From the NCBI GenBank assembly GCA_964369315.1, contig CAYJEJ010000002.1, positions 102,184 to 134,183 of the forward strand: a DNA stretch of 32,000 nt, given 5' to 3'. The DNA is from an uncultured Alphaproteobacteria bacterium. GTDB lineage: Bacteria; Pseudomonadota; Alphaproteobacteria; UBA3830; JAIRWN01. The notes below the pieces were generated by a model, which worked only from the letters and a program-made list of their open reading frames with translations, did no database searches and had not been told where the DNA came from. Below are positions 19,091 to 28,065 of this stretch, in pieces (within the stretch, counting starts at the first letter, position 1; every line of letters begins with the position of its first letter). A program made the position numbers and the translations under genes.

Positions 19091-19600
19091 ATGGATCGTT
19101 TGGAAAAACAACAGTTTGTTGATAAGCTTAAGACGATGTTGTCTGATTCAAAGCTTGTTGTTTTAGTAAAATATACTGGGTTAACCGTTTCTGATGCTTC
19201 GAGGCTTAGGTCTAGGATGCGTGAGGAAGGTGCTTCTTATATTGTTTCAAAAAATACTTTGGCTCGTCGAGCTTTTTCTGAGACATCTTTTGAGCCTTTG
19301 CAAGATTATTTTAAAGGACAGACGGGGATTGCGTTTTCTGATTCTCCTGTTGCGGCTGCTAAGATTGCGGCTCAGTTCGTAAAAGATTTTGATGGGCGTT
19401 TTGAGATTGTGGCTGGCTGTATGGACGGGAAGTTGTTGTCGCTCGATGAGGTGAAGGTCTTGGCATCTTTGCCGTCGATGGACGAACTTCGTTCCAAGCT
19501 TGTTGGTGTTATTTGTGCTCCCGCACAAAAAATTGCTACTGTTTTGCAGGCTCCTGCTGGGCAGTTGGCGCGTGTTCTTGGTGCTTATTCTAGTAAGTAG
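19091..19600 (+). CDS. rplJ: 50S ribosomal protein L10
   Basis: I trimmed the ORF-track start (19022) to ATG 19091, after GAGGAGGGG. The sequence MDRLEKQQFVDKLK...VSKNTLARRAF is L10-like. Confidence 0.9.
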   Translation: MDRLEKQQFVDKLKTMLSDSKLVVLVKYTGLTVSDASRLRSRMREEGASYIVSKNTLARRAFSETSFEPLQDYFKGQTGIAFSDSPVAAAKIAAQFVKDFDGRFEIVAGCMDGKLLSLDEVKVLASLPSMDELRSKLVGVICAPAQKIATVLQAPAGQLARVLGAYSSK

Positions 19601-19630
19601 TGAATTTATTTTTTATAGAGGGGATATATT

Positions 19631-20005
19631 ATGGGTGCTGATTTAGATAAAATTGTTGATACACTTTCAAAGTTGACTGTGTTAGAGGCTGCTGAACTTA
19701 GTAAAAAACTTGAAGATGTCTGGGGTGTGAGTGCTGCGGCTCCTGTGGCTGTTGCAGTAGCTCCTGCGGCTTCTGGTGCTGCTGAGGAAGAAAAAACAGA
19801 GTTTAATGTTGTTTTGGCTGATGTTGGTGGCGAAAAAATTAAAGTCATCAAAGTTGTTCGTGAGATTACAGGATTAGGTTTGACAGAAGCTAAGGCTCTT
19901 GTTGAGTCTGCTCCTAAAGCTATCAAAGAAGGCGTGAGCAAGGAAGAAGCTGCTGAAATTAAGAAAAAAGTAGAAGAGGTCGGCGGTAAGGTTGAAGTAA
20001 AATAG
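19631..20005 (+). CDS. rplL: 50S ribosomal protein L7/L12
   Basis: Dimerisation N-terminus, an Ala-rich hinge ([20 protein letters not shown]) and a C-terminal domain ([24 protein letters not shown]) are present. Confidence 0.95.
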   Translation: MGADLDKIVDTLSKLTVLEAAELSKKLEDVWGVSAAAPVAVAVAPAASGAAEEEKTEFNVVLADVGGEKIKVIKVVREITGLGLTEAKALVESAPKAIKEGVSKEEAAEIKKKVEEVGGKVEVK

Positions 20006-20030
20006 CCTTGCGATACTGATTTTTGTTTTG

Positions 20031-20070
20031 GGGTGTTTGAGGTTTTTGTTGAATCTTGAACACCCTTTTA
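20031..20070 (+). terminator. Candidate rho-independent terminator after rplL
   Basis: GGGTGTT (20031-37) pairs with AACACCC (20059-65). As RNA the stem can extend inward with A-U, G-C and G.U pairs to a 5-nt loop. TTTTATTATTT follows. Confidence 0.5.
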
Positions 20071-20173
20071 TTATTTATAGGTTTTAGCAGTTATATTTTT
20101 ATAATATAATGACCTAGATTTATTATTTGAATCTGACTTTTTAAGTGTTTTTAGATTTTTTGAAGGCTTTTTT

Positions 20174-21202
20174 ATGAAACAGGGGATTGTTGCACTAATA
20201 CCAGCATATAAGCCAGATAAAAAATTAATCAAATTGTGTGAATCCCTTTTGGATAGTGATAAATTCTGTAAAATTGTCTGTATAGATGACGGCAGTGGGA
20301 CAGAGTTTGATTGGATTTTTAAGCAGTTAACCTCAATAGATATTGTCGTGAAAAAGCACGCTGTTAACTTAGGGAAAGGGGCGGCTTTGAAGAGTGGCAT
20401 AAACTATGTATCGGTCACATGCCCTGACATTATTGGTGTTGTTACATTAGATGCGGATGGTCAGCACTTGGTAAAAGATGTCTTGGCTGTTGCTGAAGAA
20501 CTTGAAAAACATCCAGATAAACTAGTTATGGGAGTTAGGCAGTTTCATGATGCAAATATACCATTGCGTAGTAGGTTTGGAAATTTGATGACAAAGTTTA
20601 TGATGCGTGTTTTTGCAAGAATATCGGTTTCTGACACGCAAACAGGACTTAGAGGCATTCCATCTTTGCTTTTTTTAAAGCTATTAAAGTTGAAAACAAC
20701 TGGTTATGATTTTGAACTAGATATGCTAATGAGAGCGAAAGAACACGACATTAGCTTTATAGAAAAATCCATCACCACTGTTTATGAAAATAATAATGCC
20801 TCATCGCATTTTAATCCTTTTTATGATTCTTTAAGAATTTATATGGTGTTTTTAAGGTTTCATATATCAGCTGTCACCTCATCTTTAATAGATTATTTTT
20901 TGTTTTTTTTGAGTATCAGTTTGTTTAATAGTGTTATTGTTGGACAATTGTTGGGCAGAATAATCGGTGGGACGTTTAATTTTTATGTAAATAAAAATTA
21001 TGTGTTTTTATCTAAAAAAAGTTATAAAAAAACATTAATTTTATATATTCTAAACGTGATTTTTTCAGGAACTTTATCTTATTTCTTGATTGTCGGTTTG
21101 AATAACTCGTGCACAATTAATTTATACGCCATCAAGCTTATGGTGGAGTCATTTTTATTTGTTATAAATTTCGTAATTCAAAGGGAAATTGTTTTTAAAT
21201 AG
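20174..21202 (+). CDS. Fusion of a family-2 polyprenyl-phosphate glycosyltransferase (GtrB/ArnC/DPM1-like) with a GtrA-like membrane domain
   Basis: The N-terminal ~230 aa carry ALIPAYKPD..., CIDDGSG, LDADGQH and TQTGLRG motifs of GT2 enzymes. The C-terminal ~110 aa form four hydrophobic helices with GtrA-family patterns (GRIIGGTFNFYVNKNYVF ... INFVIQREIVF). Confidence 0.7.
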   Translation: MKQGIVALIPAYKPDKKLIKLCESLLDSDKFCKIVCIDDGSGTEFDWIFKQLTSIDIVVKKHAVNLGKGAALKSGINYVSVTCPDIIGVVTLDADGQHLVKDVLAVAEELEKHPDKLVMGVRQFHDANIPLRSRFGNLMTKFMMRVFARISVSDTQTGLRGIPSLLFLKLLKLKTTGYDFELDMLMRAKEHDISFIEKSITTVYENNNASSHFNPFYDSLRIYMVFLRFHISAVTSSLIDYFLFFLSISLFNSVIVGQLLGRIIGGTFNFYVNKNYVFLSKKSYKKTLILYILNVIFSGTLSYFLIVGLNNSCTINLYAIKLMVESFLFVINFVIQREIVFK

Positions 21203-21233
21203 GATAAGTTGCAAAGATATAAGTCAAAAGGAT

Positions 21234-22712
21234 TTAATATTTTCTGTACACATGTATAGAAAGGTTAACGTCATTGAATTGATAGATTTTTTTGAATATA
21301 GAACGATTATTTATTGAAAAGGTCTCTTTAGCGATTAATAGGTCTATTTCAGGATTATTTTCATCATCGCCCCATCTTTTTATTATATAAAGGACATTAA
21401 AATTTTCGTCTCTATAGATTTCGCCTAGGTTATTTACATATTTAGCAGATAAACCATGATAAATAGGGACAAAAAGTCTTTTTATAGAAGGGAATGTGAT
21501 GATGTTGTCTTTATTTGATATAGGAACATCGTTTGGATTAAAATTTACAAAGTGTTTAGTATACCCTTCTTTAAAAGGTATAATGTTGTTAAATGAAAAG
21601 CAAAAAACCGATAAAGCGAAGACAGTGTAAGTAATTTTAGGTGAAGAAATTCTATTTAGTAGCTGAGGGTTATTTTTTTCTAAGTAATATTTAATATTCG
21701 TACAAATTGTGATGAGAGCAAGCGGCAGACCATACACTATATAACGTAGTAAAACGGTCAAAGGTGCCATGAGAACGATAGTCATGTAAAAATAGCCCAA
21801 AATAAGATTTGGTAACATGGTTGTAAGCGAAATTAGGTTGATTTTCCAAGTTAAAGATTTTCTTTTTTCAGAAACAATAAACCTGAAGTTTAATATCATG
21901 ATAATAATCATAAAAATAAGGATTGGGAACTTTATGAATTTTTTAAATGCCAAAGATAAGCCCTCAAGAATTAGGTCAGGCTTTATAATTAAAGCAGAAG
22001 AATAAAAAGAGAAATCGCTATTCTTATGGATTGCAAAGATTGAATTCAAGATAAAATTACCTAAAAAATAAATCAAAAGGAATATGGATGAATGGATTAG
22101 GTATTTTTTAACATTTTTATAGGCTAGGGGGGTGAGAAGTGCAAATTGGAACGCTTGCGACCTAAAAAGGCATCCTAAACCAGCAAATATGGGAGAGATA
22201 AAAGGCTTATCAAGAATGATATAATAAGCAGAGATGATGGAAAACATCATCAGCCAAGTGTCAGTCAGGCTTCTTATAGATGTTGATATATAAATTTTAA
22301 AGAGTGGGCAGGCGAGAAGGAAGAAAATTATAAAGAGAGAAGCAAATTTCGAGAAGAATAACCTAGCAATTTTATAGATAAAGAAATTAGTGATAGCAAA
22401 TATAAAACAAGAAAGGTAGGCAACATAAACAATCTGAGGTATTAAGCCAAAAGCTCCACCTGAGAATATAGCAGATATTAATTGGAAAGGGATGGACGGA
22501 TAAGACCCTATTGGTGGTTGGTTTTTTAATAAATTGAGACCGTAATATAGATAACTTGAGGCATCAACATTATCAAAGCCCAAACAACATTTAGTCGCAA
22601 CAGACTTATTTATCGCGAGATAAGAGAAAAATAGGATAAGAACATATGCGAGCCATTCGCTATGTAATATTTTTTTCAAGAAGCTGTCAGGCTCTCTCTC
22701 TGCTGAGTTCAT
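21234..22712 (-). CDS. Large polytopic membrane protein, probable GT-C fold glycosyltransferase (ArnT/PMT/Gtr-type-like)
   Basis: The 492-aa protein has about 11-13 hydrophobic segments. An acidic motif (GFDNVDASSY) lies in the first predicted extracytoplasmic loop. A C-terminal soluble domain of about 130 aa follows. It is convergent with and adjacent to the GT2::GtrA gene. The call rests on architecture and context only. Confidence 0.45.
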   Translation of the reverse strand: MNSAEREPDSFLKKILHSEWLAYVLILFFSYLAINKSVATKCCLGFDNVDASSYLYYGLNLLKNQPPIGSYPSIPFQLISAIFSGGAFGLIPQIVYVAYLSCFIFAITNFFIYKIARLFFSKFASLFIIFFLLACPLFKIYISTSIRSLTDTWLMMFSIISAYYIILDKPFISPIFAGLGCLFRSQAFQFALLTPLAYKNVKKYLIHSSIFLLIYFLGNFILNSIFAIHKNSDFSFYSSALIIKPDLILEGLSLAFKKFIKFPILIFMIIIMILNFRFIVSEKRKSLTWKINLISLTTMLPNLILGYFYMTIVLMAPLTVLLRYIVYGLPLALITICTNIKYYLEKNNPQLLNRISSPKITYTVFALSVFCFSFNNIIPFKEGYTKHFVNFNPNDVPISNKDNIITFPSIKRLFVPIYHGLSAKYVNNLGEIYRDENFNVLYIIKRWGDDENNPEIDLLIAKETFSINNRSIFKKIYQFNDVNLSIHVYRKY

Positions 22713-22801
22713 AGTAAACGCTTTATAAGGTAAGATTATATAATATCAATGTTTTTAACATAATAAATGCAGGGATTTTAGTCAATTTTTATTTTTTAAA
22801 A

Positions 22802-22830
22802 TTGAATATTCGCCATGGTCAGGTTATTCT
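22802..22830 (+). promoter_or_regulatory. Candidate sigma-70-type promoter for dps (TTGAAT-17 nt-TATTCT)
   Basis: Hexamers at 22802-22807 and 22825-22830 have a 17-nt spacer. They lie about 30 nt upstream of the dps ATG, which has its own GGAG. This rests on sequence reading only. Confidence 0.3.
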
Positions 22831-22859
22831 GTAATCAGTGTTAAATCTTTGGAGCAGTT

Positions 22860-23294
22860 ATGAAAGAATCTTTAATAAAACAACTGAACTTGGTCTTAGT
22901 TGACACCTATTCTTTATATCTTAAAACGCAGTGTTATCATTGGAATGTTAGTGGTACCGGTTTTTTAGGCATTCATCAGATGTTAGAAGGGCAATACAGA
23001 AGTTTGGCAGACACGATTGATGAGATTGCTGAACATATGCGGGCGTTGGGTCATAAAGTGCCCGCTGGTTTTGACCTGTTTTCTAAGGTTACGACTTTAA
23101 AAAATGGAAACCCAGATTATTCATCTTTGGAAATGATAAAAGACTTGGCGAGTGACCACGCGTCATTAGAGGAGCAATTTAAACAATTAGCGATATTATC
23201 TGAGAAGATGGGTGACCATGTAGTCGCGGGTTTCTCTGCTCAGCGGATGGAATATCATAGAAAGACAGCTTGGCTGATTTCTAGTCATATTTAA
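22860..23294 (+). CDS. dps: Dps-family DNA-binding ferritin-like protein
   Basis: The 144-aa protein has LYLKTQCYHWNVSGTGFLGIHQMLEGQY...DEIAEHMRALG, which matches the Dps ferroxidase-site helix pattern. Confidence 0.85.
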   Translation: MKESLIKQLNLVLVDTYSLYLKTQCYHWNVSGTGFLGIHQMLEGQYRSLADTIDEIAEHMRALGHKVPAGFDLFSKVTTLKNGNPDYSSLEMIKDLASDHASLEEQFKQLAILSEKMGDHVVAGFSAQRMEYHRKTAWLISSHI

Positions 23295-23376
23295 TCTAGT
23301 GTTTTTATCCTATCAATTTAATATTAGATTTTTCTTGGGAAGATAATAAAGTCCAATATTTTGCGTTAAAAAGCGA

Positions 23377-23403
23377 TTAAGCGAGGTGTCTTGCCTCGCT
23401 TAA
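23377..23403 (-). terminator. Hairpin terminator between the convergent dps and 23448..24029 genes
   Basis: A perfect 10-bp stem (TTAAGCGAGG / CCTCGCTTAA) has a 7-nt loop. On the minus strand it is followed by TCGCTTTTTAACG. It lies 44 nt past the minus-strand stop and may also act on dps. Confidence 0.5.
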
Positions 23404-23447
23404 TGGTTGGTTGTTAGTCTAATTTTATCTTTTGAAATGCAGTTTTT

Positions 23448-24029
23448 TTAATCTTGATTTTTTTGAGTTTCGTCTCCAATGCTTTGCATTTCTATTTCTA
23501 TATCATTTTCCGACCTTGTTGTATTTTTATCACCTGTTTCTGTTGTTGCAAGTGACTTTCTTGTGTTATCAAAGTTTATTAACGATTTTTCTAAAGCATG
23601 TACAGCATAATTACAGCCTGCATAAGCAAGACCACCAAAAACACCTACAACAATGGATATTTTTTGAGTGGGAACGATATATTCATCTAATAATGGAAAG
23701 TAATCTCTCATTGTTGTTGTTACTGTAGCGACAGTGGCACCTGTCCAAGCAATAACTTGAGATAAACCCTGTAAAGGATATAGAGTTTTGACCAATACTT
23801 TCATTCCAGTATTAATGAAACCGCATTGTGCGATAGTTCTTAATTGCTCAGTATTTTCTATTTTTGTGCTTGGTGTTACAGTTTCTGTACCATATGTTTG
23901 AATTCTTAAGACTATTTCTTTACTTTCTTTTTTTAAATCTATTTCTATCGGCTCTGTTTTCGATGCGAAGGATTCATTATTTATGGCTAATAATGTTATT
24001 AGTGAAAGGGGAAATAAAATTTTCTTCAT
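23448..24029 (-). CDS. Hypothetical membrane protein (signal peptide, hydrophobic hairpin, acidic tail)
   Basis: The 193-aa ORF has AGGAG upstream of the ATG and an N-terminal signal-like MKKILFPLSLITLLAINNESFA. Two hydrophobic stretches (VIAWTGATVATVTTT and ISIVVGVFGGLAYAGCNYAV) are about 17 aa apart. The C-terminus is Thr/Glu/Asp-rich. No family was recognised. Confidence 0.55.
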   Translation of the reverse strand: MKKILFPLSLITLLAINNESFASKTEPIEIDLKKESKEIVLRIQTYGTETVTPSTKIENTEQLRTIAQCGFINTGMKVLVKTLYPLQGLSQVIAWTGATVATVTTTMRDYFPLLDEYIVPTQKISIVVGVFGGLAYAGCNYAVHALEKSLINFDNTRKSLATTETGDKNTTRSENDIEIEMQSIGDETQKNQD

Positions 24030-24393
24030 AAAAATCTCCTGTTGTTTTATTGTATAATTATTATTGCCAAATATGATGAATAAATTCCTAAAAAAATAAT
24101 TTTAATAATATTTTTTATATTTTTTTTTATATAGTATTGTTTTGGTTATAAGCAATTTATGGCTTGTTATATTTGATGTTGATTTATATTTTTCTCATAA
24201 AAAAATCCTGCACAATGTTTGGTAAATTTTTGTAATAATAAATTTGGTGACAGGTGTTTTATATGTACATCATTTGATGATATGAAATATTTGGGTCAAA
24301 TATAGGCATTTATACTTGAACAGGATAATTAAACTAAATTAAGGCTCAAAATTTTTGATGTAATTTAAAGTCTAGTGGCTTGCCAAAAGGTCG

Positions 24394-25887
24394 CTATAAT
24401 TTCTGCTTAAGTGTCGGAAATGCGATTACATCACGAATAGACATTGAATTGGTCATCAACATCACAAGCCTGTCGATTCCGATGCCCAAACCAGCACAAG
24501 GGGGCATGCCATACTCGAGTGCTGTTATGAAATCTTCATCCATACAATGAGCCTCTTCGTCCCCAAACTCGCGAGCTTTGAGCTGGTCTTCAAAACGCAA
24601 ACGCTGAACCAATGGGTCATTAAGCTCAGAAAAACCATTCGCTACTTCCCACCCGTTAATATAAGTTTCAAAACGTTCAGTTAAACGAGCATCTTTTGGA
24701 TGAACCTTAGCTAAAGGTGAAATTTCTGACGGCAACTCTGTAACATGTGTGGGTTGAATCAACAAATGTTCGGCTTTTTCTGCAAAAACAGCCTCAACAA
24801 CTCTTCCCCAACCAAAGTTTTTATCAACGACCACCCCAAGTTTTTTAGCCTGCAACCGAGCGTCTTCGTCATTGCTAATAGATAAAAAGTCAATCCCTGT
24901 AGCTTCTTTGACGAGCTCCGTCATGGTTTTTCTTGTCCATGGGAGGGAAAAATCCAAAATTTTGTCTTCATATTCAATCTTTTGCTTACCATCATGTAAA
25001 GCAGATGCGACAGAAGAGATGATTTTTTCCGCTAAGTTTATTACAGTTTCATAGTTACAATATGCTTGATACACTTCTATAGTGGTAAATTCGGGATTAT
25101 GCCTAGTAGAGATGCCTTCATTTCTAAAACAACGATTAATCTCGAACACTTTTTCACTTAGTCCGCCCACTAAAAGCCTTTTTAAATAAAGCTCTGGTGC
25201 GATTCTGAGGAAAAGGTTCATGTCTAATGCATTGTGGTGAGTGACGAAAGGTTTTGCTATCGCACCACCAGCAATTGGTTGAAGCATTGGCGTTTCAACC
25301 TCTGTAAAACCATCTTGAGTTAAAACATTTCTTATAGTGGCAATTGTAGAGCATCTTTTTTTAAAGGTATCGCGGGATTGTTGGTTGATAATCAGGTCAA
25401 TATATCTTTGACGATATTTTATCTCTCGGTCAGTTAGACCGTGATACTTTTCAGGCAAGGGCAACAAACATTTTGAAAGGAGTTCAAGTTGCTCCGCGTC
25501 AACAGTTATCTCCCCCCTAGGGGTGCAACGAACCCGCCCTTTGACGCCAATAATATCGCCCAAGTCAAGAGATTTTAAAACGAAAATATTGTCTTCGGAA
25601 AGAGTTTTATCGCTGGAAAATATTTGAATTTTACCGCTCGGGTCATAAATGTCGATAAACATTCCGCTGTTACGAATGGACATAATGCGACCCGCAACTG
25701 AAATAAAAACGCCGCTTTCTTCACCCTTTTCTAAGTTAGAAAACTGTGACAAAACTTCTTCTGCAGAATGGGTTTTTTCAAATTTATACGGATATGGCTC
25801 TAAATTTTTCTCGCGAAAATGTTTTAATTTCATTAAACGGGCACTACGTATTTGCCCTTGTTCATTATCAGTATCAATATTTGTCAT
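24394..25887 (-). CDS. lysS: Lysine--tRNA ligase, class II
   Basis: The 497-aa protein has an OB anticodon-binding N-terminal domain. Class II motifs are present (FRNEGISTRHNPEFTTIE, GLGIGIDRLVMLMT). Confidence 0.95.
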   Translation of the reverse strand: MTNIDTDNEQGQIRSARLMKLKHFREKNLEPYPYKFEKTHSAEEVLSQFSNLEKGEESGVFISVAGRIMSIRNSGMFIDIYDPSGKIQIFSSDKTLSEDNIFVLKSLDLGDIIGVKGRVRCTPRGEITVDAEQLELLSKCLLPLPEKYHGLTDREIKYRQRYIDLIINQQSRDTFKKRCSTIATIRNVLTQDGFTEVETPMLQPIAGGAIAKPFVTHHNALDMNLFLRIAPELYLKRLLVGGLSEKVFEINRCFRNEGISTRHNPEFTTIEVYQAYCNYETVINLAEKIISSVASALHDGKQKIEYEDKILDFSLPWTRKTMTELVKEATGIDFLSISNDEDARLQAKKLGVVVDKNFGWGRVVEAVFAEKAEHLLIQPTHVTELPSEISPLAKVHPKDARLTERFETYINGWEVANGFSELNDPLVQRLRFEDQLKAREFGDEEAHCMDEDFITALEYGMPPCAGLGIGIDRLVMLMTNSMSIRDVIAFPTLKQKL

Positions 25888-25920
25888 ATAAAAACAACCA
25901 ACTTTAAAAAATTTAATAAA

Positions 25921-26604
25921 CTAGAGTTCTTGACCTTGAAGCATCAGTTGTGCTCTGCGAACTATACCAATGGGTGCATCTTTCATTTTTGCCAAATGCT
26001 GAAAAAGTTCTTTGGCTTTTACTTTATCACCCTCTTTTAAATATAAGTGAGCCATCATCTCGGTCGCAGAAAACATAAATGGTCTTCCTGCCATAGTGAG
26101 GGGCTCTAGCTTTTTTATCAATTCAGCAGGCTTCAAAAAGTCAAACTCATAAGCAACAGATGTGATTGTTGCCAAATCTCTCCATAAGATGTCATAATTT
26201 TTGTTATTCGCAATCAGTGCAAGTTCATCAAGCTCTTGTTCTTGAACCTCATTTAATTTGCCTTTTTGGTCGTCATATGCCCTGATTCTTAATCCTGTGT
26301 AGAAAAGATTGGCTAAAATCTTGGCGTCTTTGGGTGCTTGGTCGCTTAGCTGTTTTAGTGATGCGAACGCTTCATTAATTTTTCCTTGTTCGATTTGGTT
26401 TATTGCGTTAGTAAACAGCTCAGTGTGTTTTGTCGCCTCAGCCTTTTTGTGGTCAACCCAAGTAGTATAACCAATAATCATTGCTATAATTAAAACGATT
26501 AAAGCAATAAAATACTTTCCATACTTGTTCCATAACGACAAAATCTTATCGCGACGTAAATCTTCATTGATTTCGCTGTCAAGTTCATCAAAAATTTCTG
26601 ACAT
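25921..26604 (-). CDS. Membrane-anchored TPR-like protein (YfgM-like architecture)
   Basis: An acidic cytoplasmic N-terminus is followed by a single TM (YFIALIVLIIAMIIGYTTW) and a helical repeat region. The assignment is by architecture only. Confidence 0.45.
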   Translation of the reverse strand: MSEIFDELDSEINEDLRRDKILSLWNKYGKYFIALIVLIIAMIIGYTTWVDHKKAEATKHTELFTNAINQIEQGKINEAFASLKQLSDQAPKDAKILANLFYTGLRIRAYDDQKGKLNEVQEQELDELALIANNKNYDILWRDLATITSVAYEFDFLKPAELIKKLEPLTMAGRPFMFSATEMMAHLYLKEGDKVKAKELFQHLAKMKDAPIGIVRRAQLMLQGQEL

Positions 26605-26704
26605 TTTAATATATCTCCAACTAATATAATGGTTAGCACATTAGATATAATTTTGTAATAAAAAACTCAATATAACTTTAAAAATTCCAAAAAAAATTAG
26701 TGTT

Positions 26705-28051
26705 TTATTTCTTCTCAATTAGCTTTTCTAAGGTAGTTATATCATAATTACCAGAAATTATTTCATCTGAATTTAAGATAAATTTATGTAATGGAATCAG
26801 AGTATCAACCCCAGAGATGACATATTCATCCAATGCTCTATGAAGCCTTGCCAAACATTTTTCTCGGCAAGAGTCGTATACAACCAGCTTTGCAATCAAG
26901 CTATCGTAATAGGGGGGGATTTTATATCCAGCATACATATGGCTGTCAACCCTAATTCCTGCTCCACCAGGGGGGTGATAGCTTTGTATAACGCCAGGTG
27001 AGGGGAAAAAAGTATTTGGATTTTCCGCGTTAATGCGGCACTCAATAGCATGACCAGAGAATTTAACCTGTTCTTGCGAGAATGACAGCTTTTCCCCAAA
27101 CGCAACTCGAATTTGTTCCCTTACGAGGTCGACACCTGTAACGAGCTCAGTTATTGGGTGTTCAACCTGCAATCTTGTGTTCATTTCTATAAAATAAAAC
27201 TTACCATCAGAAAACAAAAATTCCACGGTGCCGACACCAAGATATCCAAGTTTTTTCATCGCGTTGACAACAATATCGCCCAAGTCATTACGTTGCGACT
27301 CTGATATCGCAGGGCTACAAGCTTCCTCAAAGATTTTTTGATGACGCCTTTGAATCGAGCAATCTCTCTCTCCAAGGTGGACAACGTTCCCGTGGCTATC
27401 AGCAATAAGCTGAATTTCGATATGACGAGGATTAGCGAGATATTTTTCTATGTATACTTCACTATTGCCAAATGCGGCCAAAGACTCTCTTTTCGCCATT
27501 TCCATCGCTTGAGATAATTCAGATTCATTTTGAACAATCTTCATGCCTCGACCACCGCCGCCACTGGTCGCTTTAATTAGTATTGGATAGCCGATATTTG
27601 AAGCGATTTTTTGTGCTTCAGAAAGGTTCGCCACACCTCCATCAGAGCCTGGAACGACAGGAATTCCCAAACTTTCAGCGATTTTCTTGGCTTGGATTTT
27701 ATCGCCCATTTGCTTAATATGGTTTGAAGACGGACCTATGAAAACAAGGTTATGTTCGTCAATTATTTCAGCAAAATCAGAGTTTTCACTTAAAAAACCA
27801 ACCCCAGGATGAATAGCATCGGCACCAGTGATTATTGCAGTTGTGATTATTGCGGGGATATTTAAGTAACTATCCTTACTTTGAGCTCCGCCTATACAAA
27901 CGCTTTCATCCGCCAAGCGAACGTGCATAGATTCTGAATCAGCGGTAGAGTGCACGGCAACGGTTTTAATGCCCATTTCTTTGCAAGCACGCATCACTCG
28001 TAATGCAATTTCTCCACGATTAGCAATCAGTACTTTTTTGAACACTCTCAA
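26705..28051 (-). CDS. accC: Acetyl-CoA carboxylase biotin carboxylase subunit
   Basis: KVLIANRGEIALRVMRACKEMGI, the ATP-grasp GGGGRGMKIV and EMNTRLQVEHPITE are present. The gene lies directly downstream of accB. Confidence 0.95.
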   Translation of the reverse strand: MRVFKKVLIANRGEIALRVMRACKEMGIKTVAVHSTADSESMHVRLADESVCIGGAQSKDSYLNIPAIITTAIITGADAIHPGVGFLSENSDFAEIIDEHNLVFIGPSSNHIKQMGDKIQAKKIAESLGIPVVPGSDGGVANLSEAQKIASNIGYPILIKATSGGGGRGMKIVQNESELSQAMEMAKRESLAAFGNSEVYIEKYLANPRHIEIQLIADSHGNVVHLGERDCSIQRRHQKIFEEACSPAISESQRNDLGDIVVNAMKKLGYLGVGTVEFLFSDGKFYFIEMNTRLQVEHPITELVTGVDLVREQIRVAFGEKLSFSQEQVKFSGHAIECRINAENPNTFFPSPGVIQSYHPPGGAGIRVDSHMYAGYKIPPYYDSLIAKLVVYDSCREKCLARLHRALDEYVISGVDTLIPLHKFILNSDEIISGNYDITTLEKLIEKK

Positions 28052-28065
28052 CCTCTAATAACTTA

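Noticed and set aside
24030-24393. Similar AT-only strings (for example AATAATATTTTTTAT) occur in the 24.0-24.4 kb and 8.2-8.5 kb spacers and might be a repeat family.
   Set aside because: They are low-complexity A/T runs with no extended alignment beyond about 15 nt, as expected in AT-rich intergenic DNA.
20006-24393. I considered calling the accessory block a mobile genomic island or prophage remnant.
   Set aside because: I found no integrase, transposase, phage genes, flanking direct repeats or adjacent tRNA target. Only the synteny break and the apparent AT-richness support foreign origin, so I reported it as a finding, not a mobile_element feature.
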